DNA of 64,000 bases from Antechinus flavipes (Eukaryota). The DNA is taken from positions 244,404,001 to 244,468,000 of the forward strand of contig NC_067398.1 in assembly GCF_016432865.1 (NCBI RefSeq). The letters are read 5' to 3'. Shown piece after piece: positions 13,808 to 30,500 of this stretch (positions are counted from its first letter, which is position 1; the number at the start of each line of letters is the position of its first letter). Under the pieces are notes generated by a model that saw nothing but the letters and a program-made list of their open reading frames with translations, had not been told where the DNA came from and searched no databases. Both the position numbers and the translations under genes were made by a program.

Positions 13808-13949
13808 GGGCAGCTAGGTAGCATAGTGGATAGAGCACCAGCCCTGAAGTCGGGAGGACCTGAGTTCAAATCTGGCCTCAGACACTTAACACTTCCTAAC
13901 TGTATGACCCTGGACTTAACTCCAATTGCCTCAGCAAAAAAAAAAAAAA
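13808..13949 (+). mobile_element. Marsupial CORE-SINE with poly(A) and 8-bp TSD
   Basis: TSD AAGCTTCA at 13800-13807 and 13950-13957. Confidence 0.9.
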
Positions 13950-14657
13950 AAGCTTCATTATCACCCTATTAACTATAGTAGAAATTCTGTCTGTACTGAT
14001 TTTATATCATTCCCCCTCCATGCATTCTAGGATCCAGAAAAAGGGGCTTTCTTGCTGTTCCTTAAACATAATCGCCTTTGTGCCTTTACACAGTTGTGCC
14101 TCCATAACAAGAATGAACTTGTTCCTCATTCTCTGAGTTTTAGCATATCAAACTTTCTTCAAAGCTCACCTAAATTGACACTCCTTTCTGAAAGTCCCCC
14201 CAACCCCCTTCACCATTTTCCTCCTCTCTCCTGAAATTGCTAATCTCTCCACCCCCCAAAATTACCTTGTATTTATTCTGTAGGGCATAGATATAGTACC
14301 TGTGCCGTTCCTGGAGTCAGGAAGACAGTGCTGGGTTCAAATTTGAACTTAAACACTTAGCTGTGTGACCCTGAGCCCTATTTGCCTTAGTTTCCTCATC
14401 TGTAAAATGAGCTGAAGAAGGAAATGACAAACCACTCCAATGACTCCAAATGGGATCAAGAAAGGTCGGATCCCCCAACATATGCAAAAATGTAGCAGCC
14501 ATAAATTATGGTATATGAATGTTATGGAATATTATTGTTCTATAAGAAATGATCAGCAGGATATTTCAGAAAGACCTGGTAAGACCTGCATGAACGGATG
14601 CTGCATGAAGTGAGCACAATCTGGTCAAAATTGTACACAGCAACAAGATTATGTGGT

Positions 14658-15010
14658 CGATAAAAAGAGCTAATTCAGTTTCAATTGATCAAGGATGGAC
14701 AGAAGCAGCTACACAAAAAAAGAACACTGGGAAGTGAATATAAACTGCTTGCATTTTTGTTTTTTTCCCAGGTTATTTATACCTTCTGAATCCAATTCTC
14801 CCTGTGCAACAAGAGAACTGTTTGGTTCTGCACACATATATTGTATCTAGGATATACTGTAACCTATTTAACATGTAAAGGTCTGCTTGCTATCTGGGGG
14901 AAGGGGTGGAGGGAAGGAGGGAGGGGAAAAATCGGAACAGAAGTGAGTGCAAGGGATAATGCTGTAAAAAATTACCCTGGCATGGGTTCTGTCAATAAAA
15001 AATTATTAAA
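14658..15010 (+). mobile_element. 5'-truncated LINE-1 3'UTR with 16-bp TSD, nested in an older L1 3' fragment (about 14480-15420)
   Basis: TSD AACAAGATTATGTGGT at 14642-14657 and 15011-15026; G-rich tract and AATAAA. Confidence 0.9.
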
Positions 15011-15609
15011 AACAAGATTATGTGGTGATCAATTGTGATGGACTTGGCTTTTCTCAACAATGCAATGGTTCAAGGCAATTCCAAAAGTCTTATAATGGAA
15101 CCTGCCATTCACATCCAGAGAGTGAATTATGGAGATTGAATGTGGATCAAAGCATAGTGTTTTCACCTTTTTATTTGCTTGTTTTTCTTTTCTTGTATGT
15201 GTGTGTGTTTCTCTTTTGATCTGATTTTTCTTGCACAACATGACAAATATGGAAACGTGTAAAAGAATTGCACATATTTAACCTATATCAGATTGCATGC
15301 TGCCTTGGGGAAGGGATAGAGATAATGAAGGGAGAAAATTTTGGAACACTTAAGTCTTAAAAAAGTGAATGTTGAAAATTATCTTTACAGGTATTTGGAA
15401 AAATAAAATGCTATTGAACCCAACTAAAACGACTGAATAACAAAAAATACATGCATTTTGTACATATTTTTCAGAACTGCTTGTAAGCTCCTTGTGGGTA
15501 GGAGCTATTCCATTTTTGCATTTGTATCTCCAGTGCTGAGCACTGGCATACGGTAGGCGCATAATAGACATTTGTAAATTGAAGACAAAATACCCATTGG
15601 GGGCACTTT

Positions 15610-19015
<3,406 letters not shown>

Positions 19016-21814
19016 TCAAGTCTTTGGGAAGGGAAACATGAAAGAGCTCCAGTCAGGTAGTTCCAATCTTCTCCATGCAGTCTAAAGCATGGCCATGTGG
19101 TTGTTCTACTGAAGAGGATGGAAAGCTATTAGAGGGGGTAGCAAAAAAATTAAATTCTGGAGTAACTGCCAGGATTAAGGAAAGCATAAGAGAAATAAAA
19201 GAATCGACCAGTCCCTGTGACCGAGGTTGAAGTTCAACATTACAAATCTAAAAGGTGAGTAGTTCTACCAGGCTAAGGTTAGGACTTTACCATTTTTTGG
19301 TATTCTCCTTCAGTATACCAATCTCTAGGAGTCAGAGAAGTTTAGTGTTTACACAGTTTATAATCAAGGACTTAATGCACATTCAACTCTAGTCAAGGAG
19401 ACATTCCAAGTCCTCAACCCTAGTTTGCAGTGATTTTTTCCCTCAGGTATGCCATTACTTTATAAAAGGATGGTTTGCCTTTCAGGCATAATGGTACCCA
19501 TAGGTAAATGAGATGAGCTCTAGCTCTTATGCTAGGGCCAAAAACACACACACATACCAGTCCTGAACTTCAAGGAGTTTTCTCGAGTCTTTCTGTCTTC
19601 ATTAGTCATTTTCCACTGCCCCCCACCCAAGTTGAACCCTCCCTCTTTACAAAGAAAATTGAACAAAAACATCTTGATCCAGAGATCATACATGACAGTG
19701 TTAACAGTATTCTAAAAGTGCTTACATTCTGCTGGGGGGAAGAAACAGCTTGTCGTACAAATCTATAGGAATTATATACAAGAGTAAATACAAACTCATC
19801 TTGGGGGAGGGTAAAAGAGGAACTGGGGAGATCAGAAAAAGCCTCTTTTGGAAGGGGGTCCCTGATGTGAGACATGAAGAGAGCCAGGGGAGTTCTGTAA
19901 GGTGTATTTGAGGAGGGGGAGCCTTAAAGGGATGAAGGAGAGTCTGACTAAAATTATGAGGGTAAGAAATAAGATACCACATTTGGTGAACAACACGTAG
20001 ACCAGCTTTGTTATAAGGTGGAAATACCAGAGGGAATGATGTGAAGTCAGCTCAGCTTGGCTGACTAGAGCCTTGATGGTAAAGGGTCTTTAACTCCAAA
20101 CTCAGGGGCTCATATTTTCTCCATCAAGCCAATAGACACAAGCTGTTAAGCAGAGGAGTGGTGTGGTCTGACTTGTATTTTGGGATCATTTTAGCAACCA
20201 AAGATAGATTGAAGAGGGAAGAGACATGAGGCAGAGGCCAGTTAGGAGACAAATAGAATAGGTTCAGGTAAGAGATAATGAGTTTAAATTAGGGCGGTAG
20301 CTGTTTGAGTGCAGAGAGACAAGAGATTTTATAGCGAGAGAAGGTACAAGACTTAGCAAATGATTGAATAAGGAGGGTGACAGAGAGGGAATGATGAGGA
20401 TGACAATTCCAGAGTTGCAAACCTGAATAACTGGAATGATGTTGCTACCTTAACTGAAATAAAATGTTATAAAAGAGGTAAGATTGGGTTGGGGGAAGAC
20501 ACATTGAGTTTTGGACAGAATGAGTTTGGGAAGGCAATAGAACACCTGAGTAGGGATGTCCAGTAGCCAATTCGTAACCTGGCAACTAGATGTGTATGTT
20601 TAGGACCCATTCTCATAAAGATGATAATTGAACTCATGAGATTCAATTTAGCATGAGATAAAATTACCAAAAAATTTATAAAAGAATATAGGAAATAGAA
20701 TATAAGGGAAAAAAGGAGTCTAAGGATACACCCATGCAAAGGGGGTGGGACTGCAATAGTTGTTTTCCAGTTGTATCTGACTATTTGTGATGCTATTTGA
20801 AGTTTCTTGGGAAAGATATTGAAGTGATTTTCCATTTATTTTTTTTTTTTTAGCTCAGTTTACAGATGAGGAAACTAAGGGAAACAGAGTTAAGTGACTT
20901 GCCCAGGGTCATACTTAGTTTCTGAGGCAGGATATGAATTTAGGAAGATGAGTATTCTGACTCCAGGCTTAACACTCAGCAAAGGAGACTGAAAAGGAAA
21001 TGGTCAGACAGGTAGGAAGAGAACTATGTGAGTATTATGTTATATAAATCCAGAGAGAGGATCTAGGAGGAATAAGTGAATAATGGTGTCAAAAAGATCA
21101 AGAAGGATTGGAACTGGGCAGCAGGAAGGTGGGATGGGGATGAAGGCCAGCTGTTACAACATCACCTCACTCACTAGATGGTAAAGTAAACATTGGTCCT
21201 GGAGTCAGGAGGACCTGAGTTCAAATTCAGCTTCAGACACTTAGCACTCTCTGGCTGTGAGATCCTGGGCAAGTCACTTAACTCCAATTGCCTCAGGAAA
21301 AAAAGATCTCTGTGTAACCTTAGAGAGCAGTTTCCACTGAAGAGAGAGCTTGGAAGCCATATTGCTCCAAGACGTTAAAAAGTGAGGTGAGGTAATGGAG
21401 GCAGTGAACACAATAATTCAGTGGTAACTAATAGCATAAGGTTGAACTGACTTAACTGTAACATCAGGATGAAGGAAGCAAAGTGAAGTCAGAGTAGAAT
21501 GAATGACACAGAAAGAAAGGAAGTTAGGGAGGATAAAGAATGGATTTAGGAGATTTAAAAAAAAAGAAAGAAAAATTTGAATGGCACGTTCTGCCAAGCT
21601 TCATGTGCTCTCAAAGAAATGCTATCAGCCTCTGCCCTGTCTGCCTGGATGTCTGCCTAGAATTCTATAAATTGGAAGATATCCAGTGTCTTTTGTAGGG
21701 AAACTATGATACATCATCTTTAGGGATCGACTTATTGCTCTACATAAGGCATTTTCTTAAAATATCAGATCATAGATTTGATTGATCTGTAATTCACTTT
21801 AAGATTCTTTCCCA

Positions 21815-21947
21815 GGGGACAGCTAGATGGTACAATGGCCCTGAAGTCAGGAGGATCTGAGTTCAAATCTGGCCTCAAACACTTAATACTTCTTAGCTGT
21901 ATGACTCTGGGCAGGTCACTTAGCCTCACTTGCCTCAGGAAAAAAAA
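21815..21947 (+). mobile_element. Marsupial CORE-SINE; similar copies at about 16915-17050, 21195-21305, 27190-27325 and 48629-48766
   Basis: Same head, B-box, CORE segment and A tail. Confidence 0.85.
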
Positions 21948-22549
21948 ATCTTTTCCCATGAGCCCCTGCCTATCACTGTATCCCCTAGGTTTTGATTTTG
22001 TAGAGTACAAGGAATCTCTAAAAGCTACAGATTTGTATTTTATTCATCAGAGCACTAGCTCAGTCCCAGCTACATAAAGAGGCTAGACTTGGGAGAGATC
22101 TAGTTTAGAACATCATTCTTATATTTCTTAATAATAGTTGGATTTTTATATTATGGAGTTCTGCTATTAACCCAAACCCAAATCATTATCTCTCCTCTTG
22201 ACTTGTTTCTCTTAATTCCCTGTGTCCTTCCATAAAAAACCTCAGGCTTCTTGGACATCACTCCCTTGTTCAGTTTTCAAATTCTTTTGTTTCTATCCCC
22301 TTCCATTCTTATGACCTTCATTCAAATGTAGACCCTTGAATTATCTCCCATCTAGATTATCCCAAGTGCCTCCAAATTAGTAAACCTTTTCCAGGCTCTC
22401 TGTTCCAACTCAAGAGAATTTAAAAATGTTTAATGAAACTCAGTAGCTATGTAGTCCATTCAATACCAGAAAAAGAACCCCTATCACCAAATACCCAACA
22501 AAGGGTCATTAACCTCTGCTTGAAGGCTTCCTGACAAAGAGTAAGGGAA

Positions 22550-23330
22550 AAGCTACTGAAGCTTTTCCTCTCCTGAAAACCCTTGTAGATATATCAAACT
22601 TAATAAGACCTCTTTTCAGCTTCTAATCATTGTCCACATTTTGGGAGCCAAACAAAATAAATCTGAATTCTCCATATAATTGCCCTTCAAATATCAACAA
22701 TTTTAATGCCAAACACTGATGTGAAATCTTCATTTTGAACTTCACCTCTTTCCACCCTCATGTTTTTCAACCATGATTTCTATGGCTCTCTTCAAGACCC
22801 TTCATCATTTTAGTTGCTCCCCTCAGAATGCTGTTTGAGTTTCTTTTCTATACCATGGAAACCAGAACTGAATATAATACTATACACATGGCCCTGTAAT
22901 CTATAATGAAGCTATCAATCAACTTATTCCTAGAAGCTTTGACACTCACTACAACTCAATATCATAACTTTTTTTTGACATACATTGTTAACTCATTGAA
23001 ACTGTCACCCACCAAAATTCCCATTCTTCCCTTATACAAATTTGGCTAATCATCTTGTTCTGTGGAAATCAAATTTTTGAATCCAAGCATAAGACTTTTC
23101 ACTTATCCCTATTATTAGATTCAATTCCAGTCTCCATGACTATTGAACTATTTTTTAAATTCTGACTCTGTCATCCAGTTTGTTAGTTATTCTTTCCATC
23201 TCTGTGATATTTGAAATTTTTATAAACCTTCCATCTTTGCCTTATCTAAGACAAATAGCACAGGCCAAGCCCAGATACCTGAGACACTCCCCTAAAAACC
23301 TAATAAACTGACATTGAACTATTAATGACT
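22550..23330 (-). mobile_element. Ancient CR1/L3-like LINE fragment
   Basis: Motifs such as ccagaactgaatataatac and ctgactctgtcatccagtttgttag are typical of antisense L3; recognised from memory. Confidence 0.55.
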
Positions 23331-23399
23331 TCTATACAAGTCTTAGGTTTCCCAAATTCTATAGTGCCTCATCCCTAGAACGGGAAATGACATAAGTTC

Positions 23400-24010
23400 C
23401 CTGATTAAGGGGTGCTTCTGTTAAAATGCAAGTCCCCAGCCAAGGAATTCTGCTTGAGCTTAGAGGTCCTTATAACCTAAATCTTCCCAGGTATTTGGGT
23501 GTCCCAGCTATAGAACAGACAATAGCAAGAGAAGGCTTACCTTGGCCAAAATTTCGTGGATCCCCATATGGGCCACCAAATGTTAATATGTGAGAAATGA
23601 GGGTGAGAAATCCCACAGATTTTGCAAAAGAATTTGCAATCCTGAAAGGCGAGGTTTGTGGCAAAAATGGGTTTATTACACTGAGAAGAAATATCTTCAT
23701 CAGTGGGCAAAATTCTGTTAGGATCTTTAGCAGAGATGGGTTTACAGGCTTTTGGTTATATTGGGTTTTTGTAGCCAGAGCTAGGGAGCAATTTGAGGGA
23801 CTAATTTTCAACTCAATAAAGCGTCGTGATTATGCCCCAGGCCAAGATCTCCAATTGAATTGAATTGAATTTTGTGGAGATTACCATTTTAGAGTTTTTC
23901 CTATAAACAGGAGGGTGGGGCCCCTCCCAAAGGCTGGGAGGAGTTGAGATTCGAACCCAGGTTTACCTCCCCCCCAAAAAAAAGATCAGAGAGACAGAAA
24001 ATCCCCTTAT
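23400..24010 (-). mobile_element. Truncated ERV: 5' LTR (about 24010 to 23581), PBS-Ile (23578-23561) and short leader
   Basis: Minus strand reads ...CATATTAACA-TT-TGGTGGCCCATATGGGGA, 16/18 complementary to the tRNA-Ile(AAT) 3' end. AATAAA at 23677-23672 lies about 90 nt before the LTR end. The far LTR boundary is uncertain. Confidence 0.7.
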
Positions 24011-24213
24011 ATCATAGCCATTCAACTATTTCTTCCAGACTTTTAAAGACTCTTTATGCAAATTTTTTTCAGAAACTTTTCATGACTTCCTAATATATGC
24101 AGAGTAATGTTTAAACATTTCAGCATGGCATTCAATTCAATTTAGTCAAATTTGATCTTAAAACATTTATTAAGGACCTACACAACTGTAAGCATTGAGA
24201 GATGTAGTTCTTC

Positions 24214-24456
24214 TGTTCGGTTCTGCAAATATGTATTGTATCTAGGATATACTGCTACATATTTAACATATATAGGACTGCTTGCCATCTTGGGGGGGGG
24301 AGGAGGAAGGGAGGGGAAAAAACAAAACATAAGTGATTGCAAGGGATAATGCTGCGTAAAAATTATCCTGGCATGGATTCTGTCAATACAAAGTTATTAT
24401 TAAAATAAATAAATAAATAAATAAAAATTAAAAAAAAATAAAAAAATAAAAAAAGA
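24214..24456 (+). mobile_element. Young 5'-truncated LINE-1 3' end with 17-bp TSD
   Basis: Near-identical to 7394-7590. TSD GAGAGATGTAGTTCTTC at 24197-24213 and 24457-24473. Confidence 0.92.
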
Positions 24457-27400
24457 GAGAGATGTAGTTCTTCCAGTGGAATCATTAACATCATTAAGAT
24501 TATTGAAGCCAGTACAAAATCATACTTTTGCTATGGCTCTGGGCTTTATTTCTAGGAAAGAAAAATAGTTAACTGGACATCCACTGGCATACTTAACACA
24601 GATTGGCCTAAGATTTTCCAATGCACTGTTTGTTAAGTTAGATGTCATTGTCTTCCCTTAGTATTACAGATGCACCTAAGAGTAATGTTCTCAATACCAG
24701 AGAATAGAACATCAAAAAGCTTAATGGCTGAAAAGTTTTGTCTTTTAAAAGTGACTCTAGAATTCACCAATAAGGATCATTATGATTATTCTCCATGGTA
24801 GTTAATCTTGGAGTGTGTACATAAAGTTTAGTTTGGAAATATTCAGGGTAAGAAATATATGGGAGGTTGCTACATATAGAAGAGGAAACTGGGTTGCTCT
24901 AGGTCACCCAGTTATCACCTAGAAATATAAAAGCTTTCATTATAGTGATAATTTTAAATTTCAAGAATATAAACTAAACAGGAGAAGACTCACATTTTTT
25001 AAAAAGCTGTCCACAAAGTAAGCCCTTAAGAAAACTACCTATAAATTTTCTCAGATTTAACCACAAAGATTGTATAGCTGACAGTGAAATACAAGAGCAA
25101 AAAGGGTTCTCCCAATTATCCTCAGATCCAGGAAGAAAAGATGAGAGGAAAACTTGTACAAAGTGAAAAGAAACTTAGATATTACAAGTTAAGAATCTGG
25201 CCATGCTGACTTTAAAAAAAAAAAAAAAGGAAATATTTAAAGCATTAAAGGACTTGAAATAATTGGTAAATAGGTCCTACAGAGACTTGAGAATAGAAAA
25301 ATTAGAAAGGGAAAGGAAAGCTCACAGAGACCATCATCATCATCATAGCTAATGTCTATAATCCACTTTATGGTTTATAAATATCATCTTATTTTATCTT
25401 CATGACAACCTTGGGAGATAAATGCCTATTTTTATGATGGCTGCCCATTTTAAAGATGAGGAAATGAAGAGACAGGCCATATAGCCAGTAAATATCTGAG
25501 GCAAATTTGAACTGAAATTTTCCTGATTGTAGGTCCAGCTATCCACTGGGCCAACTTGCTTGCAAATAGTTGTGTATATAAGAAAAAAACCCCACAATGT
25601 TATATAGGAAACTACAGTCTCTTGAGAACGAGTACATTACACTTGTTTGGAATAAAAAAGACTTCTGGTGGGAATGAGTATGAAGTAAAGGATGCCATTA
25701 TAATAAAATACAGGATTGAAAGACTAGTCCTATAATCATAATAGTTAGAATTTATATAGTGCTTTAAGGCTTGCAAAGCACTTTATAAATATCTCACTTT
25801 ATCTTTACAACCACCCTGGGAAGTAGGTGCTATTCTCCCCATTTTGCAGATGTGGAAACTAAGATTGACAGAAATTAAGTGACTTCTTCAGAATTATTCT
25901 TGCCTGTTGAGAGTCTTAAGGATTTGAACTCGAATCTTCCTCATTCTAATCTGAGGAGAATAAAAGCCTATAGTTCATTGGATGGACTCCTTGAGACAAA
26001 TTTATGGAAATACATGGGTGAGAGTCTCACAGAATGTGTGGGCATGGATAAATTAAAATGTACATCCCTGGAAGGAATAGCATCTATAAAACCAAAGATC
26101 TAGTGGCATACTGAATGAAGCCTTTACACATCCTTGAGTATCAAGCCTCCGGGCTCCTATTGCTACTTGATGGCACTTACAACCTTAAGAGTCTGTCCTG
26201 CTTGAGCCTCCGTCTCTTCCTCTTTCAATTCAATTTGACATACCTTTGTCAAGCACCCCTTATGTGTAGGAAGATATGTTGGCACTATTAGGTCTGTATC
26301 CCAAAGTAATTTTTAAAAAATGAAATGGACTATATATACAAAAATAGTTATAGCAGCTCTTTTAATGATAGTAAGGGAATGGAAATTGAGGGGTTTGTCC
26401 ATCAATTGGACAATGGATGAACAAGTTATATATGATTGTAATGGAAAATCAGAAAAGACTAATATGAACTGATGCAAAGTGAAATAAGCAGAACCAAGAG
26501 ATCATTGTGCACAGTAACAGCAATACCGTATGATCAGCTGTGAATAACTTTGCTATTCTCAGCAATACAGTTATCCAAGATTTGAATTCTGAAGGATATA
26601 TGATTTTTTTAAAAAAGAGAAAGATGTGTTGAGAGCTTTAAAGGATTCATTTTGGGAGATCCTGAATAGCCACTGGAGTTGAGGTAAAATCTCAAAGGTA
26701 AAAGCAGAGAGTGAGTCAGGGAGTCTTGGTATATCTTTTGTTTTTAAATCACCATTTCCAGATATGTCCTTTCTCCTTTTCCTATCCAGAAACAAATATA
26801 ATCTGCTCTGCCTGACCTTTAAAGCATTTTACAACCTGTCCTTTGCTACCTTTCCTTCTTCATTTTATTCTTCTCAGCTTCTTCAATTCCCCCCATACTG
26901 GCTTTCACACTCAGAACCTATCTCCCATGTCCTTGGCACTCAGTGTCTCCTGTGCCTCCCTTACTATGCCCCACTCTTTCCCTTCCAGTGCTTGAAATGC
27001 ATTCCCTCTTTACCTCCACCTTTGAGATTCTCTGGTTTCCTTCAATTCCATGTTGCCATTGAACTTTGGTGACTAGAAAAAGAGTTAGGCTGAGAAATTT
27101 GTTCATCCTTGTCTCATTAAATCCAAATCACACATGAATCTAGTCCTCACCCCATAATGTAATGGATCATCTTTGAAAACAAAGAACAAAGGGTTATGGA
27201 TGGAGCTAGTGCTGGATTCAGGAGGACTTGAGTTTAAATGTAACCTCAGATACTTGACACTTACTAGTTGTGTGACCCTGGGCAAGTCACTTAACCCCAG
27301 TTGGCTCACCAAAAAAAAAAAAAAGACAAACAACCCTCTTTAGGACTTGGCTCAGGTAACACCTTAATAAGTCTTCGGTCCTTCCAGATTACTAGTACAT

Positions 27401-27557
27401 GTTATCCTAAAACTACTCTAGATTCATTTTGTACTTATATATATTGTCTCCCTCGTTAAAATGTAATGGCTGTTTCATTTTGTTGTTTTTGATTTTTTTC
27501 TTAATTTTTGTATTCCTAGCACTTAGCAAGAATACCTAACATAGTAAAATGCTTGTT

Positions 27558-30500
27558 AGTTTTTTTCTCATGTAATTTTTTTTTTTGGAATGAGAAAAAA
27601 ATTTACTATGTACACAGCAGACCATAAGAAAGGATTCTATATAAGGCAATAAATTTCCATTTCAAGAAAACCTATGTAATAAACACTATATATCGTTTTA
27701 AAAACTGCTCTGTTTGGTTTTCTTTTGTTTTCTGCCATGCACTTTTTACTTTTTCTTTTCTCCCACTCTAAAGAAGGATGAAATAATCTTGTGTATATAT
27801 CTATATATCGATATCTATAAATACATTTATAACTATATGCTCTCATACTCATATGTAAGACCATACTATGCTTATTTCCTATTATATTTTTTTTCTTCTG
27901 AAAGTGGATAGCCTCTTCCTTCATTTGTCCAAATCTTTCCATGTTTTTCTAAAACAAGCAGCTCTTTATTTCCTACAACATAGCAATATTCCTTTCTGGA
28001 TTCAAACAGCAGTTTTCTTCATAGAATCTTTGAGGTTAATTTGGTTATTTATAATAGTTAAAATGATTTAGTTGTTCCAAGTTGTTCTTAAAACAATACA
28101 GTTATTACATACAGTGTTCTCTTGGTTCTCTTCATTAATTTTCATTATTTCATGGAGGTCACTTCATGCTTTCTAAAAATCATAGAGCTCATCATTTCTT
28201 ATAGAAGAGTAATATTGCACCATGAAATTTAATTTTTTATTGAAACTTTTTATTTTCAAAACATATGCATGGATAATTTTTCAACATTGTCTCTTGCAAA
28301 ACCTTGTTTCAAATTTCTCCCTCTTCCCCTCACCCCCTCCCCTAGATGGCAAGTAATCTAATATATGCTAAACATATTTAAAATGTTATATCTAATTATG
28401 TATACATATTTATACAATTATCTTGCTGCACAAGAAAAATCAGATCAAAAAGGAAAAAAATTGAAAAAAAAACAAAATGCAAACAATAACAAAAAGAGTG
28501 AAAATGCTATGTTGGAATAGATGGCTCTCTTATCACAAGATCATTGGAACTGGCCTGAATTATCTCATTGTTGATAAGAGCCACGTTCATCAGAATTGAT
28601 CACTGTATAATCTTCTTGTTGTCATGTACAATGTTCTCTTGGTTCTACTCATTTCACTTAGCATCAGTTCAAATAAGTCTCTCCAGGCCTCTCTGAAATC
28701 ATCCTGCTGATCATTTCTTACAGAGCAATAATATTCACAAACATTCATATGCCATAATTTATTCAGCTATTATCCAATTGATGGGCATCCATTCAGTTTC
28801 CAATTTCTTGCCACTACAAAGGGGGCTACCACAAACATTTTTGCACATGTGGGTCCCTTTCCCTCCTTTAAGATCTCTTTGGGATATAGGCTCTATAAAA
28901 ATATTGCTGGATCAAAAAGTATTCACAGTTGGATAGATCTTTGGCATAGTTTCAAATTGTTCTCCAGAATGATTGGATCAGTTCATAACTCCACCAGTAA
29001 TATATTAATGTTCCAGTTTTCCCATATCCCCTCCAACATTCATCATTATCTTCTCCTGTCATCTTAAGTCAATCTGAGAGGTGTGTAGTGATACTTCAGA
29101 GTTGCATTTCTCTGATCAATAGTGATTTAGAGCACCTTTTCATATGGCTAGAAGTGGTTTCAATTTCTTCATTTGAAAATTGCCTGTTTATATCCTTTGA
29201 CCATTTATCAGTTGGAGAATGGCTTGAATTCTTATAAATTTGAGTCAGTTCTCTATATGAGGCCTTTGTCAGCATCCTTGAATGTAAAAAATTTTTCCCA
29301 GTTTGCTTCCCTTATAAACTTGTCTGCATTGGTTTTGTTTATACAAAAACTTTTTGACTTAATGTAACCAAAATTATCTATTTCGTTTTCAACAATGTAC
29401 TGCAGTTCTTCTTTGGCCACAGATTCCTTCCTTGTCCACAGATCTGAGGGGTAAACTATCCTTTGTTCGTCTAATTTGCTTATTAACATCACTATGTCTT
29501 AAGTCATGAACCCATTTCAACCTTACCTTGGTATATGGTATTAAGCATGGGTCAATGCCTACTTTCTGCCATACTAATTTCCAATTTTCTCAGCAGTTTT
29601 AGTCAAATAGTGAGTTTTTATCCCCAAAGTTGGGGTCTTTGGGTTTGTCAAACACTAGATCACTATAGTCATTAATTATTTTGTCCTGTGAAGCTAACCT
29701 ATTCCACTGATTAACTACTCCTCTGTTTCTTAACGAATTCCAAATGGTTTTTATGACCTCTGCTTTATAATATAGTTTTAGGTCTGGTACAGGTAGGCTG
29801 CCTTCATTTGCATTTTTCTTTAATTCTCTTGAGATTCTTGACCTTTTGTTCTTCCAGATGAACTTTGTTATTATTTTTTCTAGATCTGTAGAATAATTTC
29901 TTGGAGTTTGGCATGGTATTGAATAAGTAGATTAATTTAGGTCGTATTGTCATTTTTATTATATTCACTTGGCCTACCCATGAGCATTTGATATTTTTCC
30001 ACTTGATTAGACTTTCATTGATATGTCAAAATTTCTTTAACTATTCCCCAATTGATGGACCTCTCTGAAATTTCCAATTCTTTTCCACTACAAAGATGTG
30101 TACTATAAATATTTTAGAACAGTGTTCTTTTCCATTTTTCGCAATCATCTTGGGAACAAGACCCAAGAGTGATTTTGCTGATTCGAGAGGTAGGCAGTTT
30201 GATAAGTCTGTGGGCATAATTACAAATATCTCTCCAAAACGGTTGGATCTGTTCAAAGATCCTCTAACAAAGAATTAGTGTCCCAATTTTTCACACATGC
30301 CCTCCAATAGTTATCATTTTTCCCTTCTCCCATTTTTAAAAGTTTTTTTCCCTTCTATCATTTTAGCTGATCTGAATCTGATTAAGTGAAAAATGATTTT
30401 CTCTAATCAATAATAATTTAGAGCATTTTTTCATAAGGCTATAAATTGTTTTGGTTTCTTCATCAGAAAACTGCCTGTTCATATTCTTTGATCATTTATC

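Noticed and set aside
20467-20835. 122-aa minus-strand ORF
   Set aside because: Lies in degraded L2-like sequence, starts at a non-ATG codon and has no recognisable domain.
23945-23975. B-box GGTTCGAATC (minus strand) as a tRNA gene
   Set aside because: No A-box or cloverleaf around it.
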